From Octopus bimaculoides (Eukaryota), in assembly GCF_001194135.2 (NCBI RefSeq), contig NC_068992.1, positions 61,629,567-61,693,566 of the forward strand: a stretch of DNA of 64,000 nt. Reading direction: 5' to 3'. The notes under the pieces are model-generated. The model saw only the letters and a list, made by a program, of their open reading frames with translations. It made no database searches and was not told where the DNA came from. The translations under genes were made by a program, and so were the position numbers. Below are positions 11,383-22,467 of the stretch, piece after piece; the stretch's first letter is position 1, and the number at the start of each line of letters is the position of its first letter.

Positions 11383-13082
11383 CGAAACAGTTTGGCTGCT
11401 TGTTTCTCAGGAGACTGTCAGAATGATGTAAATACCTCTGATGACAACCCAATAAGGTTCGTAAATCAATTAACGTTGTTTCAGTCTGTGTAGAAATGAC
11501 TAAAATCTGCCATTTATAATTATACCATATGTTATATATATATATATATATAAAGCAGATGTACACAAAGTACAATCATTACTAGAAATAGCAGCCAGTA
11601 AGTTTATGGCACTATGTAGAGCTTCACTGAATATTTACAGGCAGAGATGTGTGCAGGTGGTGGATATAGGAAAATTCTGTCTTAGCTCTACGGAGACCAT
11701 TTGAGGAATAAAGGATAACTCAATACTGCAGTTTCAAACCCTTCAGATCACATGTGTGAGCGCAAATCCAATTCATAGCACCATAAACTTACCGGCTGCT
11801 ATTTCTAGCAATGATTGTACACCTACTTTATTTATAATTCTAGCGATGTGGTGCTTTATTTTTGCTGGATATTAATGTTATTTCAATAATATCTATATTT
11901 TCCTGTGTATACATACATACATATAGTTGAAATCTATAGAAAAACAAAAGACAGGTGTATGAACAGCAAGGAAGTGTATTAGTTTGACACTTGAGAAAAT
12001 AAAAAAGTCTTTTATGTTTCGAGCTTATGTTCTTCAACAGAAAGTAATAAGAGAAATAAACAGAAAGAGAATGAAAAAAAAACTTGCAGATTTCAGTGAT
12101 CCAGCATGGCACACATACATACATATATGTATAAATACATATATTTATATATATACAACACATACATACATACATACATACATACATACATACATACATA
12201 CATACACACATGTGTGTGTGCATGTGTGTGTAGTAGAATCTCATAGTGCAAGTGCACCACTGTATGAGTAATTTGCTGTACAAGCAGACACTCCAGTGAA
12301 TTTTTGTCTTGAAGTACAAGTTGAAATCCACAGTATGAGTGAGTTTCATACAAGCAACCACTAGTTGGCACTGAGCTTGCACACACCCTCCCAACAAGTG
12401 TAGCCTCCACTTGCTCAGTTCACATGTTCATCTCATTGTGACGGCAACCCTGTTGTGTTTTTCCCAGTGTTTTTTTTTTTTTAGTTTTGTGCACTTCTTC
12501 CGTGCATAATCCATAAATGTGAGTTATTTTTAACTAACCACAAGGGTCTTACACAAAGGGAACAGCACAAGGGCAAACAAAACACAAAATTGGGGGAAAA
12601 AAATAAACCGATGAAAAAGAAATGAAAAAAATGGAAGATGGAATGATGGCAACTCGAAACCCACACTCCGAGTACCCTCATTGAACTCTTTTATAGTGAA
12701 TTTTGGATGAGACAGTTCTCATTTGAACAAATCATGTGACCGTACCATATCTTTTAGTCCAGCTGTTTCCACTTCTTCCTCCAAATCACAGTCTTTCTTC
12801 CCAAACACCTCTTTAAATTCTTGAATGTGCTCACTGTCAACGAGCACCCCCTCATATGAGGGGGTAATCCTCAGAAATGTCACTCTTTATCAGTTTGTTG
12901 ATATTTTTAAGCTTTTTCACTAAGTTCTTGTTCTCTTTATAATATACCACAAAGGTTTTTTTTCCCCCACATGGGATGGTGATTGGGAGGTTTGCTATTT
13001 ATGTACACTGCTTGTTTTTTTGTCAGTACAGGGTCAGTGTTAAGTGGGGTATGTCGAGGGCTGGTGTCTGCAAGGGAAGGGT

Positions 13083-13159
13083 GGGTTGGGGATAGGACAG
13101 GCCTGGGTTGGGGATAGGACAGGCCTGGGTTGGGGATAGGACAGGCCTGGGTTGGGGAT
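13083..13159 (+). repeat. 22-bp tandem repeat x3.5 (gggttggggataggacaggcct)
   Basis: Perfect units at 13083, 13105, 13127 and a partial unit at 13149. Confidence 0.95.
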
Positions 13160-13220
13160 CTTCATCACTGGTATGCATTCTCTTCTGCCACTTTTTGTTT
13201 TTCTTCCTGTTAACTGCTGT

Positions 13221-14087
13221 TCACTCCTCTGTTATTTCCTCTTGCTCCTTTGGTTCATGTATTCCTTCTGACTTTGATGCTTCAATAGGTGGAAGTGTGG
13301 TCTTCATTGATATAGGCACTGCAACTTTTGCAGAGCGAGGAGGACACTCAGATGTAATGTGGCCTTTCTGGCCACACTTGAAGCACCTAGGCTTCCTGCC
13401 CTCCACCATTACCCTCAGTTTCCTATCGCCCACCACTATGGTTTCTGTGATAGCATTTAAGTCTTCTGGGGTGCCCTGGATGACCATTTCCAGGCCTTGC
13501 TCCAGCCAGTTCCTTTCAAGTATTCTCACGGCCTGGAGGATTGTCACCTTCTCTTCCAGGCCCAACACTATCACCGCCACTAACCAGGCAACATCTACCT
13601 CTGGTGCTATCTCCTCCACTCTCACCCTGGAAGCCCGTCTTCCAAGGTAGGAAGGTAGGAGGATGATATTGTCCAAAGACAATGAGGCCATGGAGTGTTG
13701 CTTGGCCTTTTCCTCTGACGAGAACCTCCCCTCCATTGTGACATATTTGGCATCCCTGGCCAGGTAAGTTATTTCCAGCCAGATGAGTGCCAAAAACTTC
13801 TCAATTTCTTTTCTCTCCACAATCTCTACCTTTTTCTTTCTCTTTAAAAATGATTTGAATATCACTGTTTTCCTCTCAGTTTCTTTCGTGACTTCCCTTT
13901 TCATTAGGTCCTTGTACATCTTAAACTCCTGCATATTAAAATTTATTCCTTCCTTCTTAACTCTAGTAACATCTTCAAAACCTTTACCACTTTTCAAATT
14001 GGTTTCCCCTCCCTTTTTTGCCGGCTCCTTCTCTATATTGATTAAGCATCTCTCCAACTCTTCCTCCGATGAGTCCTTGTCAGACAT
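13221..14087 (-). pseudogene. Gag-like ORF1 protein with CCHC zinc knuckle (transposon-derived)
   Basis: 288-aa ORF from the track. The terminal TGA sits in EE*TAVNRKKNKK, which looks like a premature TGG-to-TGA stop. Confidence 0.75.
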
Positions 14088-14571
14088 ACTGATATTATCA
14101 TATTGTATTTTAAATGTTAAGCAACATCTCCCCCTTCAAACAAAGGGGACAACGACGACAGTCACACTTGCACGGGAAAACAGGGTGTTTTTTAAAAATA
14201 CAATAACAGTTCAAGAATGTAATGCACATAAAACAACAAGCAACTTAGTAATTCTCCTGAAGCACTATGTCCAACTCGAAAGTGAAGAGAATGAATCTCA
14301 AGTAGTTCACAATTGACACATTTCATGCAACGTTGTAATCCATAAATGCAAGAGAATAAAAATGATTATTTGTTGCTTTTATTATTGTTGAGATAAAACC
14401 AGAAGATTCCATTATTAATTTATATTTTATGAAAATGTAGATATGGTTGTGCATTAACTTGGTATAGAGTAAATTAATGTATAATATTTAAAGTCAATTA
14501 GCTATATATTAAAAGAGGATAGGTTCAAGTTTCAGGAGTATAAAATCAAAGGACATATTTAATTCACTATA

Positions 14572-14603
<32 letters not shown>

Positions 14604-14714
14604 CAATAGTAGAATAAGAAATAGAAAGTCCTTGGTACAGTATTATATATTCTTTTACTCTTTTACTTGTTTCAGTCATTTGACTGCAGCCATGATGTAT
14701 ATTGTCTATTGCAG

Positions 14715-15060
14715 AAATAAGATGTCCAGTAACAAGAAAGTAAGCAAAGATAACATCTCAACTCTTCAAGTCGCTGGTGAATTTAATAACCATCTCTCTA
14801 CACGAGATACTAATTCAGTTGCTATCAGTGAACCCAGATTGGAATTTTGCTCTCTACAACAAGATTCTCTAGATATATATGAAAACCTGGATGCAAAATC
14901 AAACGCAGCATCTTTTGAAGTTGTTGATTGTGATTTATATGCAATGCCAGAGCCAAGAAGACCTGCTCAACCTGCTCAACCTGTTGATAATTTTGATAAT
15001 CTTGATAATCCGGATATTGAGCAACTTTATACACAGCCTATCAAATATATATGCAGATGA
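14715..15060 (+). CDS. Terminal exon: cytoplasmic tail with three tyrosine motifs
   Basis: Acceptor ttgtctattgcag|, phase 2. (R)NKMSSNKKVSKDN...SLDIYENLDAK...DCDLYAMPEPRR...EQLYTQPIKYICR*, TGA at 15058-15060. Confidence 0.85.
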
Positions 15061-15302
15061 AATTTCCATGTTTAGCAATTTGAGTTTTTTCTTCAAATTT
15101 TGCCAGTTTTTGTTTTTTCTTCAGTGATGTCATTATAAAGAATATTTGAGAAATATACTACTTAATGAATAATTTTTAAATAATATATTGAATAACTTGT
15201 CATTATTTTTAACTGAAAAGAATTCTAAGAATTAAAAAATTTTTAAAGAAACTATTTGTTTTGTTTTAATTTACTTTGTTATTATTATCATTATTATTAT
15301 TA

Positions 15303-15718
15303 AGGATGTGAAGTTGGTGAGCTGGTAGAATTGTTAGCACACTGGACAAAATGCTTAGCAGTATTTCATCTGCTGCTACATTCTGAGTTCAAATTCCACC
15401 GAGGTCAATAAATTAAGTACCAGTAAAACACTGGGGTAATCAACTAATCCCCTCCCCACCAAATTTCAGGCCTTGTGCCCATGGTAGAAAGGACTATTAA
15501 GGATGCAAGTTGGCAGAATTGTTAGCATATTGGACAAAATGCTTAGTAGCATTTAAGCCTATCTTTATATTCTGAGTCCAAATCCTGACAAGGTCAACTT
15601 TACTTTCTAGCCTTTAAGGATCAATGAAATGAGTACCAGTTGAACACTGAGACGAATATATTTTGACTAGACCTGTTCCCCCAGTTTTCAGGCCTTGTAC
15701 CTATAGAAGAAAGGATTG
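15303..15718 (+). mobile_element. Head-to-tail pair of tRNA-head SINE family A
   Basis: ggcagaattgttagc...gagttcaaattcc (B-box-like)...aggccttgtgcc...agaaagga, present twice. Confidence 0.8.
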
Positions 15719-16429
15719 TCACCTCCACCTTAGCAAAGGCAGAGGTGTTGTTTTCAGTCGTTTTTGTTTGTTTATTTGTCCATGGACAAGATATCACAAG
15801 AACCACAGGATGGATTCAGATGAAACTTTCAAGGATGTTTGGCTTTATGACTGGTATGAACTAATTAGATTTTGGGATCAATCTGGTACTGGACAAGGAT
15901 TTTGGATTACTTGTTATATTTACCTTACTTTATATCGTGTATTATCATCTTATGTTGACTTTCAAGACTTTCTCTGATTATCTCCCTTATATTATATATT
16001 ATACATTATACATACATATTAACATTTTACAGTTTACTTACATATATATATATATAATTCTATACATCGATCTAAAACAACAGGAATACTAAAGGAAGGC
16101 CAGAATTTAAGAGAAGAGTAAACCAAAAGGTCTCATGCTATTCATTTAAAAATTCTGGAGTAGAACTTATTATTATTAATGTTTTTACTACTTTGAAACA
16201 ATGTTGAATGGTGAATTTGTTAACTTTGGCTTGTACTAGATAAGGATAAACTATTTATTACTGTTACTAAGTTTTCTACAGCTGCTTTGAGATGAATCAT
16301 CTTTCCAAAAAATAATCTATCAAATCTAATATATAACTCAGAACATTGCTATCCAATATTTTAAAGTTTACAGCATGTTTGAAAAAGAAGACATGCCAAC
16401 ATCCAAATCAAAAAGCTCAGCTCAAAGGC

Positions 16430-17480
16430 GAGTTCATGGGGCAATTGCACCAGCAGGAGTTGCCTGGGGTTGCAGATAGTCAACATGCCTCAGACAGATG
16501 CAGAAAACAACAGCAAAGGGAAAATGAAGAAGCCGAACAGACACAGCAATGACTGGCCCCCATCAGAAGTTAAATGAAAACACAAAGAGAAGCTGAGTCA
16601 AATGAGCAAAGAGAACAGTGTCTGGCCTGTGTGAGAAGCTAAATGAAAAGACAGAGAGAGGCTGAATCAAAGAAGCAAACAGACCAGCATCTGACCCGTG
16701 TGAGAAGGCAAATTAAAAAATGCAGAGAGGAAGAAACGTCAGAGCAGAAGGAGAAGCGGGTGTCAGAATTGAAAAGGTCAATGCAAGCAAAGCAGCTGGA
16801 AATGACCGGAAAGGAACTGATCCCAGAAGAAAGCACACCTAACTTTTTGCATAAAGTTTCTGGAGGACCCGTCTACACCTGCTGCTCTTGTTACTGATTT
16901 CATTACTGCAGTTCTGTGGTTCAGTTTAATCGTGTAAAATACTCATGTCATGAAGTCAGTGAAATCATGTCAAAATCAGTAGAGGACATTCATACACATG
17001 GGAAGCTGTGGGTGTGCAAAACCTGTCATCTAACACTTAAGAGAAACCAAGTGCCTGCACAGTCATTGCTTAACAGTATGGAGCTGGATAAGATACTGCC
17101 AGAACTAGGAGCTTTGAGGCTGCTGGAACTGCACTTGATCATGAAACTTGTGGGGCTGCCCAAGGGTAGACAAAAAGCCATTTATGGCAGCAGCATCAAT
17201 GTATCACTCAAGCTGTTGTCTGTTGTATCATTGTTGCCAAGATTGCCAGATTTGGCTGAGATCATCCCACTGAAATTCAAGCATAGATTGACATATAAAG
17301 GACATTACATGCATGAATATTTGCATCTGAACAAGTTAATGGAGGCACTTTGCTGGCTTCAGGAAAATAATCCCTTGTACAAAGAGATCAAGGTTTGTCA
17401 TGAACGAGAAAACCGGTTGGAAGAAGATGACATGGATTTGTGGGCTGCCATGAAAAGACCACCAGTAGCGGTAATCCTGG
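16430..17480 (+). mobile_element. Helitron/Helentron-type protein N-terminal relic (coiled-coil repeats plus DUF6570-like region)
   Basis: ORFs 16643-16897 and 16916-17638 are in one frame, split by a single TGA. Motifs GPVYTCCSC, WVCKTCHLTLK, LPKGRQKAIYG, LPRL, LKFKHRLTYKGHY, ALCWLQENNPLYKEI match the DUF6570-type region that precedes Helitron Rep/PIF1 domains. Confidence 0.75.
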
Positions 17481-17619
17481 ATCACGGGGAAGCAGAAGGT
17501 CACAGTGAAAGCCCATCTCCTCTTCCATCAGGAAATGATCACTGGTATGAGAACATCTGGCATGAAGGCACAAATCCAAGATGTCTCTGGAGATGGCAGC
17601 TATCTTTTTCACAGACAGA

Positions 17620-17632
17620 CAGACAGACAGGC

Positions 17633-17665
<33 letters not shown>
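17620..17665. repeat. (GACA)n/(GATA)n tetranucleotide repeat truncating the Helitron relic
   Basis: Direct reading. Confidence 0.9.
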
Positions 17666-17666
<1 letters not shown>

Positions 17667-17787
17667 GATGTGATGCTGAAGAATAGAATATAGGGAGGGG
17701 TGATGAAGAGGGAATAAATAATCTTGTAAAGGTATGAATAACATATTTTCAAAAAATACAAAAACTTGAAGTAACATATCACAAAAT

Positions 17788-18330
17788 AGGGGAGATACAA
17801 GATGTTCTGGCTAAACTTGACTGTTAGTATAAAAATAAATGAATATGCATCCAAAAATAAAAGTATTTTAAAAGACCAAAAAGTATCAATTAGATTATGC
17901 CAGGAATATAGCAGTTTACTCAAAGTAGCCACCCCCATCTTCCACCTGGCACATGCATTCCTCACTGTGTACCTGGGAAGATTTTCAAACATTTCCTTGA
18001 TCTTGGCCACCAACTCAGCCTTGGTATTACAGGCAGAGCAGTTGGTGTCTTTCTCAACTATACCCAACATTGAATTAAGAAGCCAGATATTGAGCTGGTG
18101 AAGAGATAGAAGTTCTCCAGCAACAACTTCTGACTCTTTATGAAGCTATGGCAAGAAAATGTACCCTGCTGCCATACACACATATGACCTTCCAGCACAA
18201 TCTTCTTCTGCCATGATTTGACTACTGTCTCTAGCAGCTTCGTATAGCTGAATGAACTGAGCCTAAGACCCAGTTCAAAAATGTAGGATTGCATGATGTC
18301 ACACTCCCTTGAAACACATACAAAATTTGT
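17788..18330 (-). mobile_element. Tc1/mariner transposase 3' relic
   Basis: ETVVKSW...WQQGTFSCH...LLENFY and GIVEKDTNCSACNTKAELVAKIKEMFENLPRYTVRNACAR; same family as 34020-34665. Confidence 0.75.
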
Positions 18331-18774
18331 GTTGTTTATGAATATTCTTGATTTATCCTTGGGTTCACAAAAACTGATTTACAAGAGAAAACTCACAATA
18401 TAATCAGACACCATGAATTGCATTTCGAAAAGTGATGATGTAACTTCTCAATGTTAGGATAAAACATTAGAGTTAACGACTGTGAAACTTCGTGCATAAG
18501 AAAATCGTACATTGCATGCTTAATAACCTGATATATACTTTATATTAATGACAACAGAGAGGAAGTAGAGGGGTGCAGTTGATAGTGAGTTAATAGTGAC
18601 CATAATAATTAATATGTTAAGCCAAGTGCCAAAAATGTTTAATTATATAATAGTACAGTGGCCAAAGTACATCCCAAAAATTGAGTAACAATGTTAAAAA
18701 TGGTACTGTACTCTGTGTGCATGTATGAATGTGTGTGTGTGTGTGTGTGTATGTATACTTACATATATATTATA

Positions 18775-19075
18775 AGCCAGGGGCGTGCACTCTCAGGCAT
18801 GCGCTGCATGTTCTGTGATTTTTTATCCATATCATCGGAAAATTAGATAAAATAGTTACTTTTGTAACAGGTGTTTTCAAAATATTCTGCCTCCCCTTCT
18901 CCCTATCTCACTGACTCGAACGTCTGCTTTGAGAAGACCACGTGACACCCCCTCTCTGTCTCTTTGTTAGTGTAGAATTGTTGCTAACCTCGTTCCACTT
19001 TCTGACACGAACAATGAGCAATCCCATAATTCCTGAGTAAGCCAACTGAAATGTCGGAATAAACTGGCGGTAAGT
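18775..19075 (+). promoter_or_regulatory. Candidate CpG-retaining promoter/first exon ending at a consensus donor
   Basis: About 10 CpGs in 290 nt within CpG-poor surroundings, CACGTG at about 18939, gcg|GTAAGT at 19070-19075. No downstream coding exon found. Confidence 0.35.
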
Positions 19076-19211
19076 TTGAATTTCTTTTTTTATTCAAAAC
19101 ATCTGTTTGCACTATTATATTTTTGGAGTGTTTTGAAAACAAAAAATATTATCTATATTATATTTCTTATTTCAGAAGTAGCTAATTATTATTATTAATA
19201 TTATTATTATT

Positions 19212-19665
19212 AAGATGGTGAGCTGGCAGTATTGTTAGCATGCTGGACAAAATACTTAGTATTTCTTCTAGCTCTTTATGTTCTGAGTTCAGATACCATA
19301 AAGGTCAACTTTGCCTTTCATACTTTCAGGGTTGATGAAATAAGTACCAGTTAAGCACTGGGGGTCAATGTAATTAACTAGCCTACTCCTCATAAATTTC
19401 AGGCCTTTTGCTTATAGTAAAAAGGATTGTTATTATTGGTGTTGTTGTTGTTATTATTAAGGTGGTAAGCTGGCAGAATCGTTAGCATGCCAGCAGTATT
19501 TATCCTGATACTACATTCTGAGTTCAAATTCCATGGAGGTTGACTTTGCTTTTCATCCTTTGGGGGTGGATAAATTAAGTACTAGTTATGCATTAGGGTC
19601 AATGTAACCCACTATCCCCATCCGCTAAATTTCAGACCTTGTGCCTATAGTAGAAAGGATTATTA
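19212..19665 (+). mobile_element. Head-to-tail pair of SINE family A
   Basis: Copies at about 19212-19432 and 19458-19665, separated by (ATT/GTT)n. Confidence 0.8.
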
Positions 19666-19939
19666 TCATTATTATTATTATTATTATTATTACTACTACT
19701 ACTACTACTACTAGTACTGTTAATAAGACTGCAAGTTAGCAGAATCATTAACGTGTTGAACAAAATGCTTAGTGGCATTTCTTCCCAGTTAACATAACTT
19801 TGAGTAAATGTAGACCTGATAGAAACATACACACCTGCCTCCTTCATTTAATCACATAAGTCAAAAGTCAAACCAGTGCAACATTACTTGTATTTTGAGT
19901 AAAGAATAAATTACTTGTGCATAATATTATTGCATGCTG

Positions 19940-20540
19940 CACCATAATTCTGCATTGCTATGATAGTACTATGCAATAGTGTTGATGTACTATGACACTA
20001 TTGCACTCTAATGCAGTTCTAATACTACTGTATCATATCACTGCTGTACTACAGCATTAGTGTACAATAGCGCCTCTGTACTATAGCAGTGTTTACCATA
20101 GTATTGTTGTATCATATCACTGCTGCATTGTAATACTACTGTATCTATAGAACAGTTGTATCCACAGCACTACTGTAATATAGCACTATTGTCTATTGTA
20201 TCATAGTACCTCTATACTATAATAGTGTTCACCATACTGCTGCTGGACCAAAGTGTTATTGCACTATAAAAACTGTATATCATATTACAATACACTATAT
20301 ATTATAGTGTCTTTATACTATATTAGTACTTACCGTAGTGTTCCTGCTGTATTATATCACTGTGCTAAACTTTGACAGATTTGTATCATAGTACTGCTAC
20401 TGTACCACAGAACTGTTGTACCATAGTGCCTATATACTACAGAACTGCCTACCATAGTGCTGCTGCTGTATGACTGTATGGTTGTTTCACAGAACTACTG
20501 CGTCCACATTATTGTTGCTATTGGTCTACTATATAACTTT
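19940..20540. repeat. Degenerate minisatellite, about 16-bp unit (actgctgtaccatagc-like)
   Basis: Consecutive units such as actgctgtactacagc, attagtgtacaatagc, gcctctgtactatagc. Confidence 0.7.
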
Positions 20541-20574
20541 TTGTTTTGTGAAGGCTTGTCACAAGGTGGTTGGG

Positions 20575-20865
20575 GTGTTTGGCTCATGAACATAAGGTCA
20601 TGAGTTTGATTTCCAGCAGCACATTGCATCCTTGAGCAAGACACTTTATTTCACATTGCACTAGTCTACTCAGCTGGTAAAAATAAGTAGTACCTGTATT
20701 TCAAAAGACTAGCCTTGTCACATTCTGTGTTACACTGAATCTCCTTGAGAACTATGGTAAGGGTACATATGTCTGTGGAGTGCTCAGTCACTTGAACATT
20801 AATTTCAAGAGCAAGTGGTTCCACTGATTGGATCAACTGGCACCCTTGTTGTAATAACCGATGTA
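20575..20865 (+). mobile_element. tRNA-head SINE family C
   Basis: gtcatgagtttgatttcc...ttgagcaagacactttatttcacattgc; a related copy lies at about 45445-45720. Confidence 0.55.
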
Positions 20866-21147
20866 ATGTCAATATAAAACTGTTTTATTGAGGTATCTTT
20901 ATAAACAATATTTTGCCCAAAGGATGTTGGCATCATCTTTAAAATTCACCCAAGGCTTGGACCCCATGCAATCTGTCCTCTACAAAACTCATGCTCACAT
21001 CACAGCACAATACTAAGACTGAACTATTTCACCTCAACCAGCCCTACTTTCTTTAACATCATGCCAAGACACATAAGAGAAAAAAAGATCTCATAACACT
21101 CAAATGGTTCCCAGATGAATATCTCCAACAAATTCTAGATAAACTAC

Positions 21148-21183
<36 letters not shown>

Positions 21184-21764
21184 ACATAGCTTGGGTATGA
21201 AATACAAAATATGTATGTATACATGCTAAATGAGAGAAAGCAAAGTGTGTGGACTTTCAGACAATGAATACTTAAGTATTATAAATATATATTTTATTTT
21301 AATAGATCCATCTTACTCAAAGTACAAATGACAGAAAATTAAATTGCCTTCATATCTGCTCAACTTGATTCCTCTTATAGCCATTCTTTACTTCATGGAA
21401 TTGATCCCCAATAAAGACATCAGAGCCTAAATTTGAATCATTTGAGCACTACTATGCCTCTCTTACACAGAGAATCGCTGAATCTCATCTCTTAACTATG
21501 TATATTTTATATATACATGTGCATCATTATTTAAAGCAGTTTGATTCAGCTCCTTTGGAAAACAACAGTCTGGTGGTGGTTGCAATATCCTTTATTGTTC
21601 ACTTGTTTTGGTCAGTGGACTGTGGCCAAATGGATTGCCCCCCACTCACCACCAGTACTTATTTTATCAGTCTCTTTTGCTGAAATGCTAAGCTACGGGA
21701 ACATAAACAAACCAATACTGGATGTCAAGTGGTGGTGAGATGAACACAACACAAACACACACAC

Positions 21765-21808
<44 letters not shown>

Positions 21809-22467
21809 ATATAAGATAAGGAACTGATTATATTCTTAAATGCTGGATAATGATAATAATATAGCATCAACAGGATAAACTACCCATATTTTGCAGAAAA
21901 ATGTGTCAGCAGCCAGCTACAAGAATCGAACTCACAAAATATGGGTAGTTTATCCTGTTCATGGTATATTATTAGCATTCTCCTGCGTTTGAGAATAAAA
22001 AATTACTTCCTTAACTTTCAAGACATCTCAATGCTTCTAAAGCAAACTTTGTTTACTTTCATCATAATTTGAATTTGATATATATATATATGTGGTGGTT
22101 GTAGTATTGGAAATGGATGTTCGTTGGTGTCTCAAGAATTCAACATATTTCCACAAATCCAAGGCATCTAGTTCAAGGAAAGGCATCCAGCTGTAAAAAA
22201 AACCTACAAAAGCAGACACTGGGCCTCAACGTCGTCTCCACACTTGCTCTCATCATATTTTTGTATTATCAGAGTGTTTAGTTTAAGGAAAGGCAACCAG
22301 TTGTAGAACACCCAAAGCAAACCTGAGATCTCAAATGCAATCCCTAGTTTCATCTGATCCTGTCAAACTGTCCTACCCATGCCAGCATTGAAGGCAGACA
22401 TTAAATGAATATAATGATGATGATTCAGTGTGTTCATTTTGTAGATTATGTGTGATGGATTGTGCTG

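Larger units (their letters stand above)
12520..14200 (-). mobile_element. ORF1-only non-LTR retroelement (Tx1/L1-type Gag-like ORF1 with zinc knuckle), decayed
   Basis: ORF 14087-13221 (288 aa) with CFKCGQKGHITSEC (CX2CX4HX4C, 13385-13344). Interrupted reading continues to a stop at 12719-12721, then about 200 nt of T-rich UTR. No endonuclease or RT. Confidence 0.75.

Noticed and set aside
12470-12482. T run as the poly(A) tail of the ORF1 element
   Set aside because: The Tx1-like terminal motif lies about 50 nt earlier and no TSD could be matched, so the true 3' end is unresolved.
13083-13159. Possible CRISPR-like array
   Set aside because: Contiguous tandem units with no spacers, in eukaryotic DNA, and no cas genes.
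13108-14316. + strand ORFs 13108-13650 (180 aa) and 13783-14316 (177 aa)
   Set aside because: Antisense shadows of the zinc-knuckle ORF1, with no motif of their own.
15303-15400. tRNA genes
   Set aside because: A/B-box-like motifs occur only as SINE heads; no cloverleaf could be folded.
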